A stretch of DNA of 35,717 nt, from positions 1 through 35,717 of the IMG/VR virus record IMGVR_UViG_3300012942_000089, one strand, 5' to 3'. Position numbers and translations under genes: made by a program. Within the stretch, counting starts at the first letter, position 1; each line of letters starts with the position of its first letter. The stretch comes from a virus (lineage: Duplodnaviria; Caudoviricetes). Under the pieces are notes generated by a model that ran no database searches, was not told the origin of the DNA, and saw nothing but the letters and a program-made list of their open reading frames with translations. Positions 1 through 9,072 of the stretch are shown here, piece after piece.

Positions 1-232
1 ACGAATAATAAAAGCCTCATCCAACGAAAACTCCATTATCGCCGATTTTTTCTCTGGCTCCGGAACCACTGCAGCCGTCGCGGAAAAATTAGGCCGCCGC
101 TGGATCGCCACCGACCTCGGCAAGCCCGCCTGCATGATCACACGCAAACGCCTCATCGACCAAGACGCGAAACCATTTTTGTATCAGGAGATGATAAATG
201 AACCAAACTATTTCCCCCATCACCGAAATTAA
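1..232 (+). CDS. C-terminal part of an N6A/N4C DNA methyltransferase (beta class, type III Mod-like); 5' end outside window
   Basis: Not in the ORF track. Frame starting at nt 2 reads [62 protein letters not shown]..., containing SAM-binding motif I (DFFxGSGTT); stop TAA at 230-232. Confidence 0.88.
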   Translation, partial: RIIKASSNENSIIADFFSGSGTTAAVAEKLGRRWIATDLGKPACMITRKRLIDQDAKPFLYQEMINEPNYFPHHRN

Positions 233-482
233 AAACCAATTTCCGAACGCATTCTATTTCACACCCGAAATGATCGGCGTGGCGTTGGATATAAAAATTC
301 ATGTCGTGCGCTATTATTGCCGCCGGCTTTTCCCGACACACGACGGCTATTATAGATTTTTTCTCGAAGCCGGAAAACACGATTTATCCTTTGACGATAT
401 GTTGAATGTGATACGGATGATTCACCAATCGAAGCGGCAATCAAGGGCGCGAAACAAAAGCGCGAAAAGCAGCTTAATGTAA
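198..482 (+). CDS. Small protein, possible MerR-like/winged HTH DNA-binding protein
   Basis: AGGAG RBS at 186-190; [23 protein letters not shown] resembles a MerR-type HTH; basic C-terminus; lies just upstream of the lysis cassette. Confidence 0.5.
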   Translation: MNQTISPITEIKNQFPNAFYFTPEMIGVALDIKIHVVRYYCRRLFPTHDGYYRFFLEAGKHDLSFDDMLNVIRMIHQSKRQSRARNKSAKSSLM

Positions 483-558
483 ATTCTTTCTACGTTTTTT
501 ATATATTTCTCGCATCCACTTTCCACCTGTGCGCAAAATAACAGCAGGAAGGTGTACT

Positions 559-1191
559 ATGGAGAATATCCTCTCAATTGTTTTTACGGCGATCATTGTG
601 CCGTTTTTGACGGCGGTTTTTAACCGCGAGAATTGGAACGGCAAATTGAAGTTCGGTATTGCGGTGCTGGTGTCGATTGTTTTCGGCGCTATTCAGCAGA
701 CGGCAGCCATCAAACTGGGATGGGCGTCACAGGACGGCAACGCCATCCTGGCTGCTATTGCTTTGGTTTTTAGTGGCGGGCAAGCCTTCTTTCAGGCGTT
801 TCCGAATACTATCGCCAGCGTGGAGAAAAATGTCAACGGCGTTCCCGCGCCGGCGGCGAATATCGGCGATCTGATCGACGAAGCCATCAGCGCCGCCACG
901 CCGTTGATCGTCAGCGAGATCGAGAAGAAGTTCGGCAATGCCGTTTCAGCGGCAACAGTTCCATCCGTGGCGGGAATTCCCGGCGCGGTTCCAAGCGAAC
1001 CGCAGGCGCAATTGGGCGGGCCAACGGTTCCTGATAACCCCGTGGCAGCTACAACTTACGACGCACCGCCCGCACCGACGATCACGCCCGCGCCATCCGT
1101 GCAGGCGCAAGTGGCGGCGGTAACACAAGCCGTTGCCTCTGGAACTTCCGTTGAAAAGGTGGTGGATACTTATGCTCCCGTGGCAGGTTGA
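559..1191 (+). CDS. Holin-like membrane protein with long Pro/Ala/Val-rich tail
   Basis: AGGAAGG RBS before ATG 559; about 3 hydrophobic segments in the first 85 aa; immediately upstream of the endolysin. Confidence 0.7.
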   Translation: MENILSIVFTAIIVPFLTAVFNRENWNGKLKFGIAVLVSIVFGAIQQTAAIKLGWASQDGNAILAAIALVFSGGQAFFQAFPNTIASVEKNVNGVPAPAANIGDLIDEAISAATPLIVSEIEKKFGNAVSAATVPSVAGIPGAVPSEPQAQLGGPTVPDNPVAATTYDAPPAPTITPAPSVQAQVAAVTQAVASGTSVEKVVDTYAPVAG

Positions 1192-1909
1192 TTTAACGAA
1201 GTTTGATGACAGATTTAAGGCACTCCTTGGCGTCAAATACAAGCTGGGCGCGAAAGATCCATATTTAGGCGCGCCGTCTTCGCAGATCGAATACCTGGAT
1301 TGCAGCGGTTTCACCCGTGATGAGATTTATAGCGCGGCTGGCGTTGTTATTCCTGATGGCTCCTATATCCAGCGTGAATACTTTGAAAAAGTACTTTCAC
1401 CTGTTCCTTATGGCCCGGCGCAAAATGATCTATTGATCTTCTTTCTGACCGCAGGAGTGAACGGCGTAGGAAGCGTGGGGCATGTGGGATTTGCCCGCAA
1501 CGGCGTCACCTACGAATGCTACGGCGGCCATGGTGTGGGATCACGTCCGTGGAATACGCCGGTATTGAAGGATCATGTCCACAAAGCATTTAGATTGCCT
1601 TTCAAAACCGCCGTCAAAGGCTATTCGCTTTTCGCGTCTGATGAACACCTGATGAAAGTACTTCCCGTCTACGACGGTCACGCCTACGTGGCGGCGCGCA
1701 CGTGGGCGGACTGGTTCAAACAGCAAGTTGCCTGGGATGCGCCAAAAGTACTTTTGAACGGCAACCCGCTCGACGGCGACGTGAAGCTGATCCCGGAAAA
1801 CGGGCGCAACGTCGCCTACATCCCGTTCACCACGGCGGCCGCCTTCACTGGCGTCAGCTACGTGGTGGATAACGCAAAGCATGAAATCCGGCTCAAGCCA
1901 GGTATGTGA
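1172..1909 (+). CDS. NlpC/P60 (C40) endolysin with C-terminal copper-amine-oxidase-N-like domain
   Basis: LDCSGF catalytic Cys and GHVG His motif; C-terminal ..AYVAAR..VAWD..AYIPF..VDNAKHEIRL pattern. Start 1172 (GGTGG RBS) preferred over 1133. Confidence 0.85.
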   Translation: MLPWQVDLTKFDDRFKALLGVKYKLGAKDPYLGAPSSQIEYLDCSGFTRDEIYSAAGVVIPDGSYIQREYFEKVLSPVPYGPAQNDLLIFFLTAGVNGVGSVGHVGFARNGVTYECYGGHGVGSRPWNTPVLKDHVHKAFRLPFKTAVKGYSLFASDEHLMKVLPVYDGHAYVAARTWADWFKQQVAWDAPKVLLNGNPLDGDVKLIPENGRNVAYIPFTTAAAFTGVSYVVDNAKHEIRLKPGM

Positions 1910-2442
1910 TCATGCGTTTCCTTATTGAAATATTGACACTCGCGATGTTATTTCTAATCTTCATCGCGTTGTGTTTCGATATTAATTTACATTTTCGTAA
2001 TGGAGAAAGTCTTATGTCAGTATTAGACCAAACAGCCGAGTTGCAGGAAGCAACTACCGAACTCACATCCGTCATCGCGGATGAAAAAGCGCAAGTGGCG
2101 CAAGCTATCAGTACGCTCAACGACAAGGTGTCCGACTTGGAAGCCGCCGCGCCGCCAGAAGTGGATTTGTCGCCGGAGATCGCCGCGGTGCGCAACGCTG
2201 CCGATGCAGTCCGCGCCATTTACGAGCCGCCGGCAACTGATGATAGCGCGCCGGCAGACGACGCAAGCACACCTGTTCCGGTCACCGCTGACCCTGTGGC
2301 CGATGATACGGATACCACCGCGCAAGCCGATTCTGGCAATAGTGCACCGACGGACGATTTAGAAACCGCCGATCCCACCGCTCCGGATACTCCGGAATCT
2401 CCCGCCACACCGGACGAACCGGACACGGGATTAGACGGGTAA
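1906..2442 (+). CDS. Lysis-cassette protein: N-terminal TM helix, coiled coil, acidic Pro/Asp/Thr tail (alternative start 2014)
   Basis: GTGA overlap with endolysin stop; hydrophobic N-terminus; second GGAG-ATG start at 2014. Confidence 0.6.
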   Translation: MIMRFLIEILTLAMLFLIFIALCFDINLHFRNGESLMSVLDQTAELQEATTELTSVIADEKAQVAQAISTLNDKVSDLEAAAPPEVDLSPEIAAVRNAADAVRAIYEPPATDDSAPADDASTPVPVTADPVADDTDTTAQADSGNSAPTDDLETADPTAPDTPESPATPDEPDTGLDG

Positions 2443-2466
2443 GTACTTCCTCCGAAAGTACTTTTG

Positions 2467-2502
2467 ACGGGCGCGCGTTCACTTATGGCGCGCGCCCGTT
2501 TT
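2467..2502 (+). terminator. Probable intrinsic terminator after the lysis genes
   Basis: 11-bp stem ACGGGCGCGCG (2467-2477) / CGCGCGCCCGT (2489-2499) followed by a short T run. Confidence 0.6.
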
Positions 2503-2517
2503 GTAAGAAAAGAAATT

Positions 2518-2601
2518 ATGGACCCGTTATTTCGATTCCTGACCGCGCTCACAATCTTCCTTTTTGTCGCCTATTTTGTCGGTAAAGAGGTAGTGTCATG
2601 A
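2518..2601 (+). CDS. 27-aa single-TM microprotein MDPLFRFLTALTIFLFVAYFVGKEVVS
   Basis: Below ORF-track cutoff; hydrophobic core; its TGA overlaps the next ATG (ATGA 2598-2601). Confidence 0.55.
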   Translation: MDPLFRFLTALTIFLFVAYFVGKEVVS

Positions 2602-2852
2602 CCACAAAAGTACTTTCAATGAAAATCAAATTGCCCGCGCACCGCGAAAATGCGCTTGACGACAAATTACTGAATGCGCCAGGCGAAGAATACTTTCCCG
2701 CGTATCTCAAAGAGCACCGGCCTAATCTGATAGATGACGGAGTATTCACCGGCGAATTGGCGGCAGATGATTTTGTCTCTGAAAGAACGGCGCGCTATTC
2801 CAATGTGCGACGGCGTAAGCAAAGCAAGCTAAAAAGGGCGGTGAGGGCGTGA
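2598..2852 (+). CDS. Hypothetical protein (84 aa, basic C-terminus)
   Basis: GAGG RBS; overlaps with neighbours at both ends. Confidence 0.6.
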   Translation: MTTKVLSMKIKLPAHRENALDDKLLNAPGEEYFPAYLKEHRPNLIDDGVFTGELAADDFVSERTARYSNVRRRKQSKLKRAVRA

Positions 2853-3187
2853 CTATCTGGGATGGTTTGTCGATATTTGGTTCATTATTGTCACTTGTTT
2901 TAGGTGGCTTATTAGCGGAGTGGAAAAGTGACATGGCCGCCATGCGCGACGAAATCAAAGAGCTCCGCGAAGAATGTAGAAAAAACGAAGCGCGCATCGA
3001 TGCTTATCAAAAAAACGAATATTTGACGAACCGCAAATTAGATCGCGTTATTGATTATTGTCGGATGCAAACACGTGAAATGCGGGACGTTTTGAGCATC
3101 AACAAAAAGGGGCAGGTACTTGCCCCGGAACACATTGAAAAACTGGAATCTTTGCCGACGATTGATGATGTTTTGAAGGAATTTTGA
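2849..3187 (+). CDS. Membrane-anchored coiled-coil protein (second holin/spanin-like candidate)
   Basis: N-terminal hydrophobic helix followed by a heptad-like charged region; GTGA coupling. Confidence 0.6.
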   Translation: MTIWDGLSIFGSLLSLVLGGLLAEWKSDMAAMRDEIKELREECRKNEARIDAYQKNEYLTNRKLDRVIDYCRMQTREMRDVLSINKKGQVLAPEHIEKLESLPTIDDVLKEF

Positions 3188-3188
3188 A

Positions 3189-3638
3189 ATGGCTAAAGAA
3201 ACTAACAAAATCGGCAAATTCCATTTTGATATAAACATCCCGGCGGAAGTATTACCAGCAATCAAAAAAGTACTTTTGCCGCTGGATTGGATGTTACCTG
3301 GCTGGGCGCAACATTGCTTTATCCATTATTGTATTGATGATGAGGACGGCCACACGGCCAGCGCTGATGTTAGTTATGAATATCGCTTTATTCACGTCAA
3401 TCTGTATCCGCAGTGGCTAACACTGGATGAGGAATACAGAATTGAAACTTTGGTTCACGAACTAATTCATTCCATGACGATGATTTTGTTTTCATATACA
3501 GAGCAAACCGTGCAGGCGCTTACTAAAGATCAAGAATTGTTAAAAGAAGCAATTTTAGAGGAAATGAAAAACCGGCATGAATCCATGACGCAGGATTTGA
3601 CGTGGGTTATCCGAGGTTTGATGAAGCAACATGGCTAA
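3189..3638 (+). CDS. HExxH zinc metallopeptidase-like protein
   Basis: ETLVHELIHS motif plus a downstream HE; AAGGA RBS. Confidence 0.7.
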   Translation: MAKETNKIGKFHFDINIPAEVLPAIKKVLLPLDWMLPGWAQHCFIHYCIDDEDGHTASADVSYEYRFIHVNLYPQWLTLDEEYRIETLVHELIHSMTMILFSYTEQTVQALTKDQELLKEAILEEMKNRHESMTQDLTWVIRGLMKQHG

Positions 3639-4233
3639 AACAGTAGCATCCGAACTCGCAAAATTATTAGAAGCCCCAGCACTGGATAAACAGTCGTTGG
3701 AGTTTGACGCGCCGCAACTTTGCGCTGTGACGGGCGAAACAATTACGGCTGGTTATCGCATCAAAGATGCCACAACATCCGCCACGAATGAGTTCATGGA
3801 CTTATTCCATGGAACGCCTGATGGATACATCAGTGAGGATGTGGCGCGATTGATGAAAGTCCAGCGCATCGGCAATGTGGCTATTCACAACGACATATTA
3901 CATCGTCCGATGATCTCTAACGAAAGCGCCAAGGATCAAGGCCGCGCGTGCTGGAGTGAATTAGTTGGCGATGAAGAATCCGGCGTCCTCCTGACGCAAA
4001 CTTTGAAGCATAAAATGGATGTTGCGGGATTAGGCAAATATACAAAAGGAGTGAAAGTCTCATTTGACACGAATTATGAAAAAGCCAGAACAAAGCTGGT
4101 GAACATTAAGGGCATATCGAGCAAAGCGAGTATGTGTCCTGTGATCATGGAAGGACACAGCACGGCAATTCAATTCGCGTGGGATGTGGGGATTGGTAAT
4201 TGCACCGGTTGCGGGTTTGGGGCGTTGAGGTAA
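3631..4233 (+). CDS. Chimeric Cas-derived protein: possible Csf1-like N-terminus fused to a Cas6 C-terminal half
   Basis: Ends in ..CPVIMEG..IQFAWDVGIGNCTGCGFGALR, an exact GhGxxxxxGhG Cas6 glycine loop at the C-terminus. N-terminal CAVTGETITAGY..WSELV resembles type IV Csf1 from recall (less certain). Confidence 0.7.
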   Translation: MAKTVASELAKLLEAPALDKQSLEFDAPQLCAVTGETITAGYRIKDATTSATNEFMDLFHGTPDGYISEDVARLMKVQRIGNVAIHNDILHRPMISNESAKDQGRACWSELVGDEESGVLLTQTLKHKMDVAGLGKYTKGVKVSFDTNYEKARTKLVNIKGISSKASMCPVIMEGHSTAIQFAWDVGIGNCTGCGFGALR

Positions 4234-4898
4234 TGAGTAAAGCAGAGCGCGCAGCGGTCGAAGATAACCAGGATTTAAAAATTTCACGTCCTTACCCGCC
4301 AAAGCAATTACTTGTGACATTGCCGGAGATTGAATTTCTGCCCGCGCCGGAAATTACGACCTGGATACGCGAAGTTTTACTAAACCCAGAAAGTCCTTTA
4401 TTCAACGAAGACCATAATCATTTGAATGAAGCAAAAATTGGCTGTCTGTGGACGAGCCAATATTATGCGAAGCATCAGCGCGAAGTGATGGGGCTGTGCG
4501 AAGTGCCGAACATCCAGGGCAATGCCTGGTTGAAGGGCAGGATGGAACAGCAGCTTGTCGGGTGGTTCGGGGACGTGCCGGACTTTGTTTTGACGTTCTA
4601 TGCGCCGTTCGCGAATGCTATTACGAACGCGGAGTGGTGCCGATTGGTGGAGCATGAGGTTTACCATTGTGGCCAGCAGTTAGATGATTACGGAATGCCG
4701 AAATTCACCAAGGAAGGCGCGCCTAAATTCGGGATTCGCGGGCATGATGTTGAAGAGTTTGTTGGTGTTGTCCGGCGCTACGGTCTGGGCGCGTGCCATG
4801 CCGGAGTGAGAGAATTTGTCGAGACGGCGAGCCAAGCGCCGGAGATAGCGGAGATTGATATTGCCAGCATGTGCGGGACGTGCTTAGCGAAAATTTAG
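4233..4898 (+). CDS. Putative phage metallopeptidase
   Basis: LVEHEVYHCGQ and GHDVEEFVGVVRRYG motifs typical of the phage metallopeptidase often found before terminase; TAATG coupling at 4231-4235. Confidence 0.85.
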   Translation: MSKAERAAVEDNQDLKISRPYPPKQLLVTLPEIEFLPAPEITTWIREVLLNPESPLFNEDHNHLNEAKIGCLWTSQYYAKHQREVMGLCEVPNIQGNAWLKGRMEQQLVGWFGDVPDFVLTFYAPFANAITNAEWCRLVEHEVYHCGQQLDDYGMPKFTKEGAPKFGIRGHDVEEFVGVVRRYGLGACHAGVREFVETASQAPEIAEIDIASMCGTCLAKI

Positions 4899-4920
4899 TT
4901 TTATTTAGTTTTACAAATGC

Positions 4921-5382
4921 ATGAGTGCCAAGGGTCTGAAGGATGAACAAAAATGCTATATTGTGCAAGCACTTGCGCGGTTTGTGTCGCCTTCGGAAGT
5001 TGCGGCGGGTGTAAAACAGGAATATGGCATTGAAGTTTCGATGCAGGCTTTGCAGGTTTATGACCCCACTACTGTAGCGGGGAGGCGCCTAGGCGAGAAA
5101 TACAGCCAGTTATTCAAAGAGACTCGCACGAAGTATTTGGCTGACACAAGTAGCATCGGCATTGCGCAACAAGCGTTCCGTTTAAACAAGCTGCATGAAA
5201 TGGCGATGAATGCTTTGAGCCGAAAGAATTACCAACAGGCGGCGCAATTTATGGAGCAGGCGGCAAAAGAAGTGGGCGGAGCGTATACGAACCGACGAGG
5301 TCACACCAGCAGCGACGGCAGCATGACGCCAACAGCAATACAAATAATTCCTTATGTTAAGCCAGATAGCGATACCGCCTAA
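4921..5382 (+). CDS. terS: Terminase small subunit (DUF2280-like)
   Basis: IVQALA.F..PSEVA..VK.EYG, YDPT, A....EQAAKEVGGAYTNRR pattern; directly upstream of TerL. Confidence 0.85.
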   Translation: MSAKGLKDEQKCYIVQALARFVSPSEVAAGVKQEYGIEVSMQALQVYDPTTVAGRRLGEKYSQLFKETRTKYLADTSSIGIAQQAFRLNKLHEMAMNALSRKNYQQAAQFMEQAAKEVGGAYTNRRGHTSSDGSMTPTAIQIIPYVKPDSDTA

Positions 5383-6604
5383 ATTAGTTCCGGTCTTTGA
5401 TTTTTCAAAGCACTATCGGTATCGTGGCGCTAAAGGAGGTCGCGGGAGCGCTAAGACACGCACATTCGCAAAGATGGCGGCAGTGCGGGCGTGGCAGCTT
5501 TCTATGTGCAAAATGAGCGGCGTTATCCTGTGCGGCCGTGAGTTTATGAACTCGCTGGAAGATTCCAGCATGGCGGAAGTTAAAGCGGCGATAGAAAGTG
5601 AATCGTGGCTGCGTGAACAATACGACATTGGTGAAAAGTACATCCGTACTAAGAATCGGCGTATAGAGTTTGTCTTCGCGGGATTACGGCATAATTTGGA
5701 TAGTATTAAATCCAAGTCACGGATTTTAATAGCGTGGATTGACGAAGCGGAAGCGGTGAGCGAAACGGCGTGGATAAAGCTATTGCCTACTGTGCGTGAG
5801 GAAGGTTCGGAAATTTGGATAACGTGGAACCCGGAGAAAGATGGTTCACCGACTGACAATAGGTTCGTGAAACATCCTCCGGCTAATTCGAATATCGTAG
5901 AGATGAACTATCACGACAATCCTTACTTTCCGGCAACGCTGGAGCAGCAGCGCCAGGACGACCAGAAGCGGATGGATGAAGGTACATACCGATGGACTTG
6001 GGAAGGCGATTATCGCAAAGAAAGTGAAGCTCAAATATTCGCGGGTTGCTATGAAGTGGCAGAGTTTGAGCCAGCGGAAGACTGGACGCTTGTTCAAGGT
6101 TTAGACTGGGGCTTCGCGAACGATCCCACAGCGGCGGGCAGAAGTTACGTGTGGGATAACAAGCTATTCATTAGCCACGAAGCCGTGAAAGTCGGTTTGG
6201 AATTGGACGACACGCCGAAGTTCATCATGGATAGAATCCCGGACTTTGAAAAATGGGAAACGCGGGCAGATTGCGCCAGGCCGGAAAGTATTAGGTATGT
6301 GAATAGACACGGTTTGGCGCGCGTGAGAGCTTGCAAAAAGTGGCCCGGCAGCGTGGAAGATGGGATCGCTCATATCAAAAGCTACGACCGCATTTTTATC
6401 CACCCGCGTTGCGTGGAAACAAAAAAGGAATTCGGATTGTATAGCTATAAGGTAGATCGGCTGAGCGGCGATATAAAGCCTATTCCGGAGGATGCTTATA
6501 ATCATTGCATAGATCAGCTTAGGTATGGGTTGCAGCCGATGGTGAGAATGAGAGAGCAAACCACGCCACAATCCACACGCACTCAAAAGAGGTATTTTAA
6601 CTAA
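5354..6604 (+). CDS. terL: Terminase large subunit, PBSX-like family
   Basis: GGRGSAKT Walker A, WIDEAE Walker B, TWNP, GLDWGF and NHCIDQLRY nuclease motifs. Confidence 0.96.
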   Translation: MLSQIAIPPKLVPVFDFSKHYRYRGAKGGRGSAKTRTFAKMAAVRAWQLSMCKMSGVILCGREFMNSLEDSSMAEVKAAIESESWLREQYDIGEKYIRTKNRRIEFVFAGLRHNLDSIKSKSRILIAWIDEAEAVSETAWIKLLPTVREEGSEIWITWNPEKDGSPTDNRFVKHPPANSNIVEMNYHDNPYFPATLEQQRQDDQKRMDEGTYRWTWEGDYRKESEAQIFAGCYEVAEFEPAEDWTLVQGLDWGFANDPTAAGRSYVWDNKLFISHEAVKVGLELDDTPKFIMDRIPDFEKWETRADCARPESIRYVNRHGLARVRACKKWPGSVEDGIAHIKSYDRIFIHPRCVETKKEFGLYSYKVDRLSGDIKPIPEDAYNHCIDQLRYGLQPMVRMREQTTPQSTRTQKRYFN

Positions 6605-8244
6605 TGGCAATTACAATTCAATCTACCAATAAGGCAAAGGAACTTCTGCAATCAATCGACGGCAAGCGTTTACCCTTGATGAAGGTTATCCGTGAGTACC
6701 AGCGGGGCGATCATTGGCAGAAAGCCACTGGCTGGGGCGGCCCTCCATTGCCAGAAGACGGGATCACTTCCGTGCAAGCGAAGGAGGATCAGACGCCTAT
6801 CCCTGTAATTGATAAGGCTATTGAGCGCTACGTTACCGGCATGATTGGAGATGAGCCGGCTTTTGAGGTGACTCTTGTTCGCGAGGTGACAGATGAATCC
6901 CCCGCGACACCTGAAGAACTGGCGGAAATGGCAGAGTTTAATGAGGTGCTCACGCATTTTTGGGATGGTAGGGGCGTTTTGGAAAAGGTGCAGGATGCGC
7001 TGGAAAATCTTTGTAGCGGACGTGGGACATTACGACCGTTCATTCCTCCGGAATCGCCCATTATTACAGATGCAAAACGAGTAAGTACTCTCACTGAGGC
7101 GATGGATTACATCCATTTGGAAGCGCCGTCGTGGGAGCAATGCGGAGTATTTACGGACGTGCGCTCAATGCGGGAGATTGGTATCTATCTTTATGACGAA
7201 CAATATATCGACAGCGATGGCGCAACTCGCTATAAACCGCGAGTAGAGATCACGGAATTAGACGACAATAAAAATACTCTATTCCGCGTTATTGAAGGCG
7301 GGCAGTCAACAGAAGATCAAACGTATGATTGCAATGGCAATATTTGGGTATTCCAGGCAATTGATGACAAGCCACTTATTCGGGAACCTCAACGCAAATT
7401 GCAAAGAGCGATTGATTTTCTTAACACGATTATTCCCAAGAATGCTACCTATGCCGGTTTTCGGGAGAGGCATTTTATCAATGTAAAGCAGCCCATGGAT
7501 GAGAATGGGAAACTTGCCGATCCACAGATGGGACCAACGACGGTTAATTTTTGGCAACCGACAGTGACTACGGATTCCGAAGGCAATCAGAAAGCAGCGC
7601 CAGCGACTCTGATTTTAAGTGAGCCTGTTAATAGCCAGCCGATCCGAGATGATATTACGCACATGATTTACATGTTCCTAAAATCTGTTCACCAGGATGA
7701 TGAAATGATGAATGGCGATGCCGTTGCGAGTGCTGTGAGCCGCGTTCAAGCGCGAGCAGGATTCGCAAATTCGCTACTGCGCAACAAACCAAAAGTCGAA
7801 CGAATGTTGCGCGATATGTTGATGACAGTTCTTTGTCTGGCGTGTGAGTTGTCCGGCGAAAAGGGAAAGCTGCAAAAACTTAAAACGGATTATCGTATTC
7901 GCGTGGACGTAAAGCCCAATAGCGGGCCGCTTTCACCCGAAGAGGAGTTGGCAGTTGTTTCATTTTACGAGAAAGGCGTTATTTCGCGTGAAACTGCACA
8001 GGTGATGCTGGGCGTTGAAGATGTGGAAGGCGAAGCTCAAAAGCTACGCGAAGAACAGGAAACTTCACAAATATATCTGCAAAACCAAGCTACGATTATG
8101 CAGACCGTGGCGGTCGCTGGCGCTCATTTGGAGAACGCAGCCATTTTCGCAGGCGTTGATAAGGAAGAAGCCAAGAAGTTAGGGCAAGGGGATTTTGTAG
8201 GAGGCGAAGATGACAACACAAACAACGAGAGCGGAGCCGGTTAA
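6604..8244 (+). CDS. Portal protein
   Basis: 546 aa directly after TerL (TAATG coupling); C-terminal GVISRETA..LG..D..E pattern of SPP1-like portals. Confidence 0.8.
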   Translation: MAITIQSTNKAKELLQSIDGKRLPLMKVIREYQRGDHWQKATGWGGPPLPEDGITSVQAKEDQTPIPVIDKAIERYVTGMIGDEPAFEVTLVREVTDESPATPEELAEMAEFNEVLTHFWDGRGVLEKVQDALENLCSGRGTLRPFIPPESPIITDAKRVSTLTEAMDYIHLEAPSWEQCGVFTDVRSMREIGIYLYDEQYIDSDGATRYKPRVEITELDDNKNTLFRVIEGGQSTEDQTYDCNGNIWVFQAIDDKPLIREPQRKLQRAIDFLNTIIPKNATYAGFRERHFINVKQPMDENGKLADPQMGPTTVNFWQPTVTTDSEGNQKAAPATLILSEPVNSQPIRDDITHMIYMFLKSVHQDDEMMNGDAVASAVSRVQARAGFANSLLRNKPKVERMLRDMLMTVLCLACELSGEKGKLQKLKTDYRIRVDVKPNSGPLSPEEELAVVSFYEKGVISRETAQVMLGVEDVEGEAQKLREEQETSQIYLQNQATIMQTVAVAGAHLENAAIFAGVDKEEAKKLGQGDFVGGEDDNTNNESGAG

Positions 8245-8422
8245 GCCGCGCGGCAAAGCAATCAAATGGACTGACGAGGACATAGACAGAATGGTCGCGG
8301 AAGATACTTCCGATGCAGGAATCGAACAAGCTCAAGCTGATTGGAATGAAAAAGCGCCGAAGGATTATAAAAGTCTTTTGGATGCAGAACCTATAAGCAA
8401 TGGCACTACTCCAAAAAAGTAA
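8210..8422 (+). CDS. Hypothetical protein (70 aa)
   Basis: GGAGG RBS; fills the gap between portal and minor head gene. Confidence 0.6.
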   Translation: MTTQTTRAEPVKPRGKAIKWTDEDIDRMVAEDTSDAGIEQAQADWNEKAPKDYKSLLDAEPISNGTTPKK

Positions 8423-9053
8423 AATAACGCCTGATTTTCGTTGGAATCCAGCCTTGCGCGGCGGTCGTTACATTGGCCCGAACGGACGTATAGTCTCGCC
8501 TCTTAGGGTGCGCGAGGTTATTGATGATTACATTGAAAAACAGGCCGATGTAGCCCGCAATCTGGCGGCGCAACTAAGCAACAGAGAAATTACAATTGCC
8601 GAATGGCAAAAGGCGATGCACAAGGTTGTCGCAAATACCATCAACGCCAATATCGCAGCTGAGAAAGGCGGCTGGGCGCAGATGGATGCTAAGGCGCGAG
8701 GGACGGCGGCTCAGTTGATAAAACAGCAATTGGGCGGTCTTAAAAAATGGGAATCGCGCGGTTTACGTGGCTTTGCCGAAGACCTGGAAAGCGGCAAGCA
8801 AAAAATGGACGGATCATTTATCAACCGCGCTTTGATGTATGTAAATTCAGGGAGGGTAAGTTATGAATCAGTGCGGCGCGATGACATGAAAGAGCGCGGC
8901 ATGACAGAAGAGAAAAACATTCGTCATGTCACGGATAGTTGCAAAGGGTGTTTAGAGGCCACAACCGCAGGATGGCAGCCTATCGGGACATTGCCCATGA
9001 TCGGTGATCGGGATTGCGTAATGAACGATAAGTGTTCTTTTGATTATCGCTAA
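8400..9053 (+). CDS. Minor head morphogenesis protein (Mu gpF/SPP1 gp7-like)
   Basis: Position after portal; C-terminal CxxC..GW.PIGTLP.IG...C....KC Cys pattern. Confidence 0.7.
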   Translation: MALLQKSKITPDFRWNPALRGGRYIGPNGRIVSPLRVREVIDDYIEKQADVARNLAAQLSNREITIAEWQKAMHKVVANTINANIAAEKGGWAQMDAKARGTAAQLIKQQLGGLKKWESRGLRGFAEDLESGKQKMDGSFINRALMYVNSGRVSYESVRRDDMKERGMTEEKNIRHVTDSCKGCLEATTAGWQPIGTLPMIGDRDCVMNDKCSFDYR

Positions 9054-9072
9054 TAGTAACGATAAATCAGTG

